From Hormiphora californensis (taxonomy: Eukaryota > Animalia > Ctenophora): a DNA stretch of 64,000 nt. Under the pieces are notes generated by a model, which saw only the letters and a list, made by a program, of their open reading frames with translations, ran no database searches and was not told the origin of the DNA. The position numbers and the translations under genes are program-made. Location of the stretch: the NCBI GenBank assembly GCA_020137815.1, contig CM035353.1, positions 8,060,001-8,124,000 on the forward strand, written 5' to 3'. How positions within the stretch are numbered: the stretch's first letter is position 1; every line of letters starts with the position of its first letter. Positions 61,001 to 64,000 of the stretch are shown here, piece by piece.

Positions 61001-64000
61001 CTGCCTGTGTACAATCTTGAAGGCCTCAGTCTCACACATGTGGATTGCTGTGTAGAGTTTCTGTAGCACTTCATCGTACCTGTACAGAGAGAGGGGGAGG
61101 TTAGTGAACATGTAGTTCAATTTAAACCGTGTCTCGCTATGTAATACCGGAACCGGGTGTACCTCTCGCGATATGTAACAGTAATATGCAGTAAGACAAT
61201 GAACACCATACAGACACAATATATAATACACGTACCAGGCATCCTTCATGAAACAGAGGGTATCTATAATGCTCTCCAATGCCAGGAACAATGTGGGATG
61301 TAGCTCTCTAACCGTGTTAAGAAGCTTGGTACACCTAAAAGAAGGAAAAACAGTTAGGAATCACTTCAAGATCCCAGGATGTACCTCAGTTGTGTGTAGA
61401 TATGAAAGACATACCATGTCTATAGTTTGTACCGGACCCTTTTTCAACTATTTATTTCTGGGTTAAGAAGGGTCGGGTGTAACACATACCATGCCATGCG
61501 GGGTCTCAGTCTGTTTAATTCTGGAGGCTGCTCTGGGATATCTCTCTTGTCGGGATCACCCTCAGGTAGGTTCTTGTTGTGTTCCTTGATTGCCGTGTGT
61601 TTAGCCATTATCTCCTGGTACTCACCACGAACTGAATAATAGGCAATGTTTGGTGTGGGGGAGGGGGTTGTGGGTAGGTATAGGGGTTGAAATGGGTCAG
61701 GTTGGAGAACATGGAGCGTGGACGGGAGTGAATGGGTCTGGCATTTATGTCATCAAATATGGGGTATGGGAAGCTGAAGTGAATCAATCGGGTGGGGATC
61801 GCACATAGGGCGTGTGGAGCTGAAGTGGACCGATCCAGGTAACAACATTTAAGCCTGATTGACTGTACCTGTCAGGATGAGATTCCTAATAGGGAAGTAC
61901 AGGGCCTGGGGATGTTGTCTCCCTATCTTGTTCAGAATGGGGTGGAGCAGTTTCGCCTCCTTACTGCCCAGTCCAGACAGTAGTTGTGGCACCCATTCTA
62001 CCCATCTGTCAATGGAGACACACCCAGAGAACTTCTCCAGTGTCTTACCCAGTACTTCCTCAGAGCTGAAAGTGAGGAGAGGTTATTTAACGGGGGGGGG
62101 GGGGGGTGTATAACATTGATGCATATCATACGACAAACAACTTGTTTTAGGTACGATGTATGTTTGTAGATCTTATAAAAGAGGGGTTGCCCAGTCATCA
62201 TGATTCATGGTACTTCCTTTACCTGTCAAATGTGATGAGCCACAGGATCCTTGCAATGAATTTCCTTGTTTTACAGTCATCCTTCTGTTTACTGCAGGCC
62301 TGTAGGTAGCACGCAATGGCACTCTCGGCATTGTACAGGTTCGCTCTGTAGACACTGGCCCTGTCCACCTTCTCTTTATCTCCACACCCTTTCTCAACCT
62401 GGGGGTGAGGGAATTTGGAGGTTTGTGGGGTATCATGACAGGGTCAGATAATCGATTGGGACCGAGGTGTTGTAGTGGAGTAAGGAATAAGAACTGTACC
62501 CACTATTAAAGAACCACCCACTCTCCCAGTATTCAAAAGGGTAACAACTGCACCAGCAGTACATACCTCGTTGTGGAAGAGCTCATCACAGTACTGAGCC
62601 CATAGAGCCCAGGCACCCGGGACATTAGCACTAATCTGTATTGCCCCACTAAAGGTCTTCATGGCATCTTCACTCTTCCCCAATATGGCGTATATATGGG
62701 CCTTCTGAGCTAGCACATAGGACTTGTACTCCGGTTGGGAGAGAGCCCTCATGTTAACACCTGGGGGGGTGTTAGTCATGCACTGTGTGGGTGGGGAGGG
62801 GGTGTTAACACCTGGAGATGGGGGAGGGGTGTTATATGTCATGGCAGACTAGAGAGAGACAGGGAGAGAAAGGGAGAAAAAGGGAGTGAGCGAGAGAAAA
62901 GGAGAGATGGGGGTGATTGTAAAAGAGATTTACAGCATGAAATGAGAGAAAAGTATAAAGGAACCTATCATGATTATAATGAATGAAACTAAAGAGAATC
63001 CTTCTCATGATCAGGGCTCAGGCTAAGCCAACTTCAAGGAGAATATAGAGCCCGGTCAGCGGATCACAGGGATAGGGGAGCGGAGATGTGTGAGTGTACC
63101 CAATTAGATCCCAATCTCGACTTGACGGAGGGCGCGATAATTCGAGATCTCTACAGTGCTGAAATTGTATTTTATTTTCCGTACGCCAGTTGTGTTTAGG
63201 TCTCACTTTAGTCATGTACTGTGTGGATGGGGACTGGGGAAGGGGGATTGGGATGTTAACACTTTTATAGGAGGGGGTTTTTAGTGATTTTATACAATCT
63301 TGATAACACTTCGATAACACCATAAAAAACCATTGGCTGCCCTGGTCCTCTGTACAGGAGTGGGTACCTACCACTACCACCCCGGTACCTACCCTCAATA
63401 ACATCTAGAGCTGCCACAAGGTCCTGTTGAGATGCAGGAGGGAGGAGGTGGGTCTTTATCTGTTCCTTTAGTTTCTTATAACAGTCAGTTACAGGTACAC
63501 TGGGTAGTGTGTGGACCCTAGCCAGCCACTCCTGGGCCATACTGGACATACCGTGCTTTCGGGCCAGGGATGCGTACGTGACCTGGAGGACGGGGGGGTT
63601 GTATTGGATATGAATCTCAGCTGCCAAACATGTGTTAGTCAGTGTAGTACTACCGGGTATGATAGTATCACGACTAGTGTTGGACAATGTCATAACTAAC
63701 CATGGCCGATGCAGAGCTCTGTTGTGCTACGTGAGCGTTCTGTAGGTTGAATGCACCCATCTGGTCCATGTCAACCATACCGTTCTCGATCGGCCCGTAG
63801 AACTACGAGAGAGGAGGTGTGTTAGTAATGCACTAAAAAGTTTAGATGTGTTAGTAATGAACTCAAAAGTGTCTCTCTAGAAAGGATATATTATGTGAGG
63901 GGACACTAACATCGATGATCTTCTGATGGTAGTACTGTCTCCAGCTGTAGATGTCGTTCCAGTGGGAGATATCATCTGAGATAACCAGGGGCCTGTTCCT
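58045..64000 (-). CDS. TRRAP: TRRAP/Tra1 (PIKK pseudokinase), 3' multi-exon part: FAT, kinase-like and FATC regions; 5' part beyond the window
   Basis: LARKHGM...VHTLPSVPVTDCYKKLKEQIK, HPQALYFPIRNL, RFLPKIETVRKHSLTARRLFIRGSNGKVYPYL, RSEERFLQLLRMLN...VPKVVAIAPGSRLIEDN, C-terminal LCKLDPALYPWL then TAA at 58047-58045. Confidence 0.95.
59091..59202. repeat. 40-bp tandem triplication of a TRRAP intron 3' end
   Basis: CTGAGAGGGGTGGGAGAGTGTCAGTACAGAGTGGGAGTGT about three times, starting at the acceptor. Confidence 0.92.

Overview
Eukaryotic, intron-rich animal DNA. I infer a pleurobrachiid ctenophore from a 43-nt stretch matching the ctenophore spliced leader as I recall it, plus nested genes and compact introns. 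Genes in order: EED/esc (minus, runs off the window start), HMGXB4 (minus, ending 185 bp upstream of the EED ATG), a stack of three 5'-truncated CR1/L2 LINEs and a MITE cluster, and an intact 10-exon PRDM9-like gene (ancestral KRAB, SSXRD-like, Zn-knuckle, PR/SET, C2H2 array). Next is a giant gene encoding a filamin-type tandem calponin-homology domain followed by about 12 kb of acidic Pro/Glu/Val repeats; an acid lipase gene lies antisense in one of its introns and itself carries nested transposons. A small unknown gene and the 3' part of TRRAP (minus) close the window. Most striking: a genomic copy of the trans-spliced leader sits 20 nt upstream of the ATG of the intron-containing PRDM9-like gene. 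Also notable are repeated tandem amplification of 3' splice sites and an in-frame CRE-endonuclease/L2 chimera. Exon models were read by hand and family calls come from recalled motifs, not database searches.
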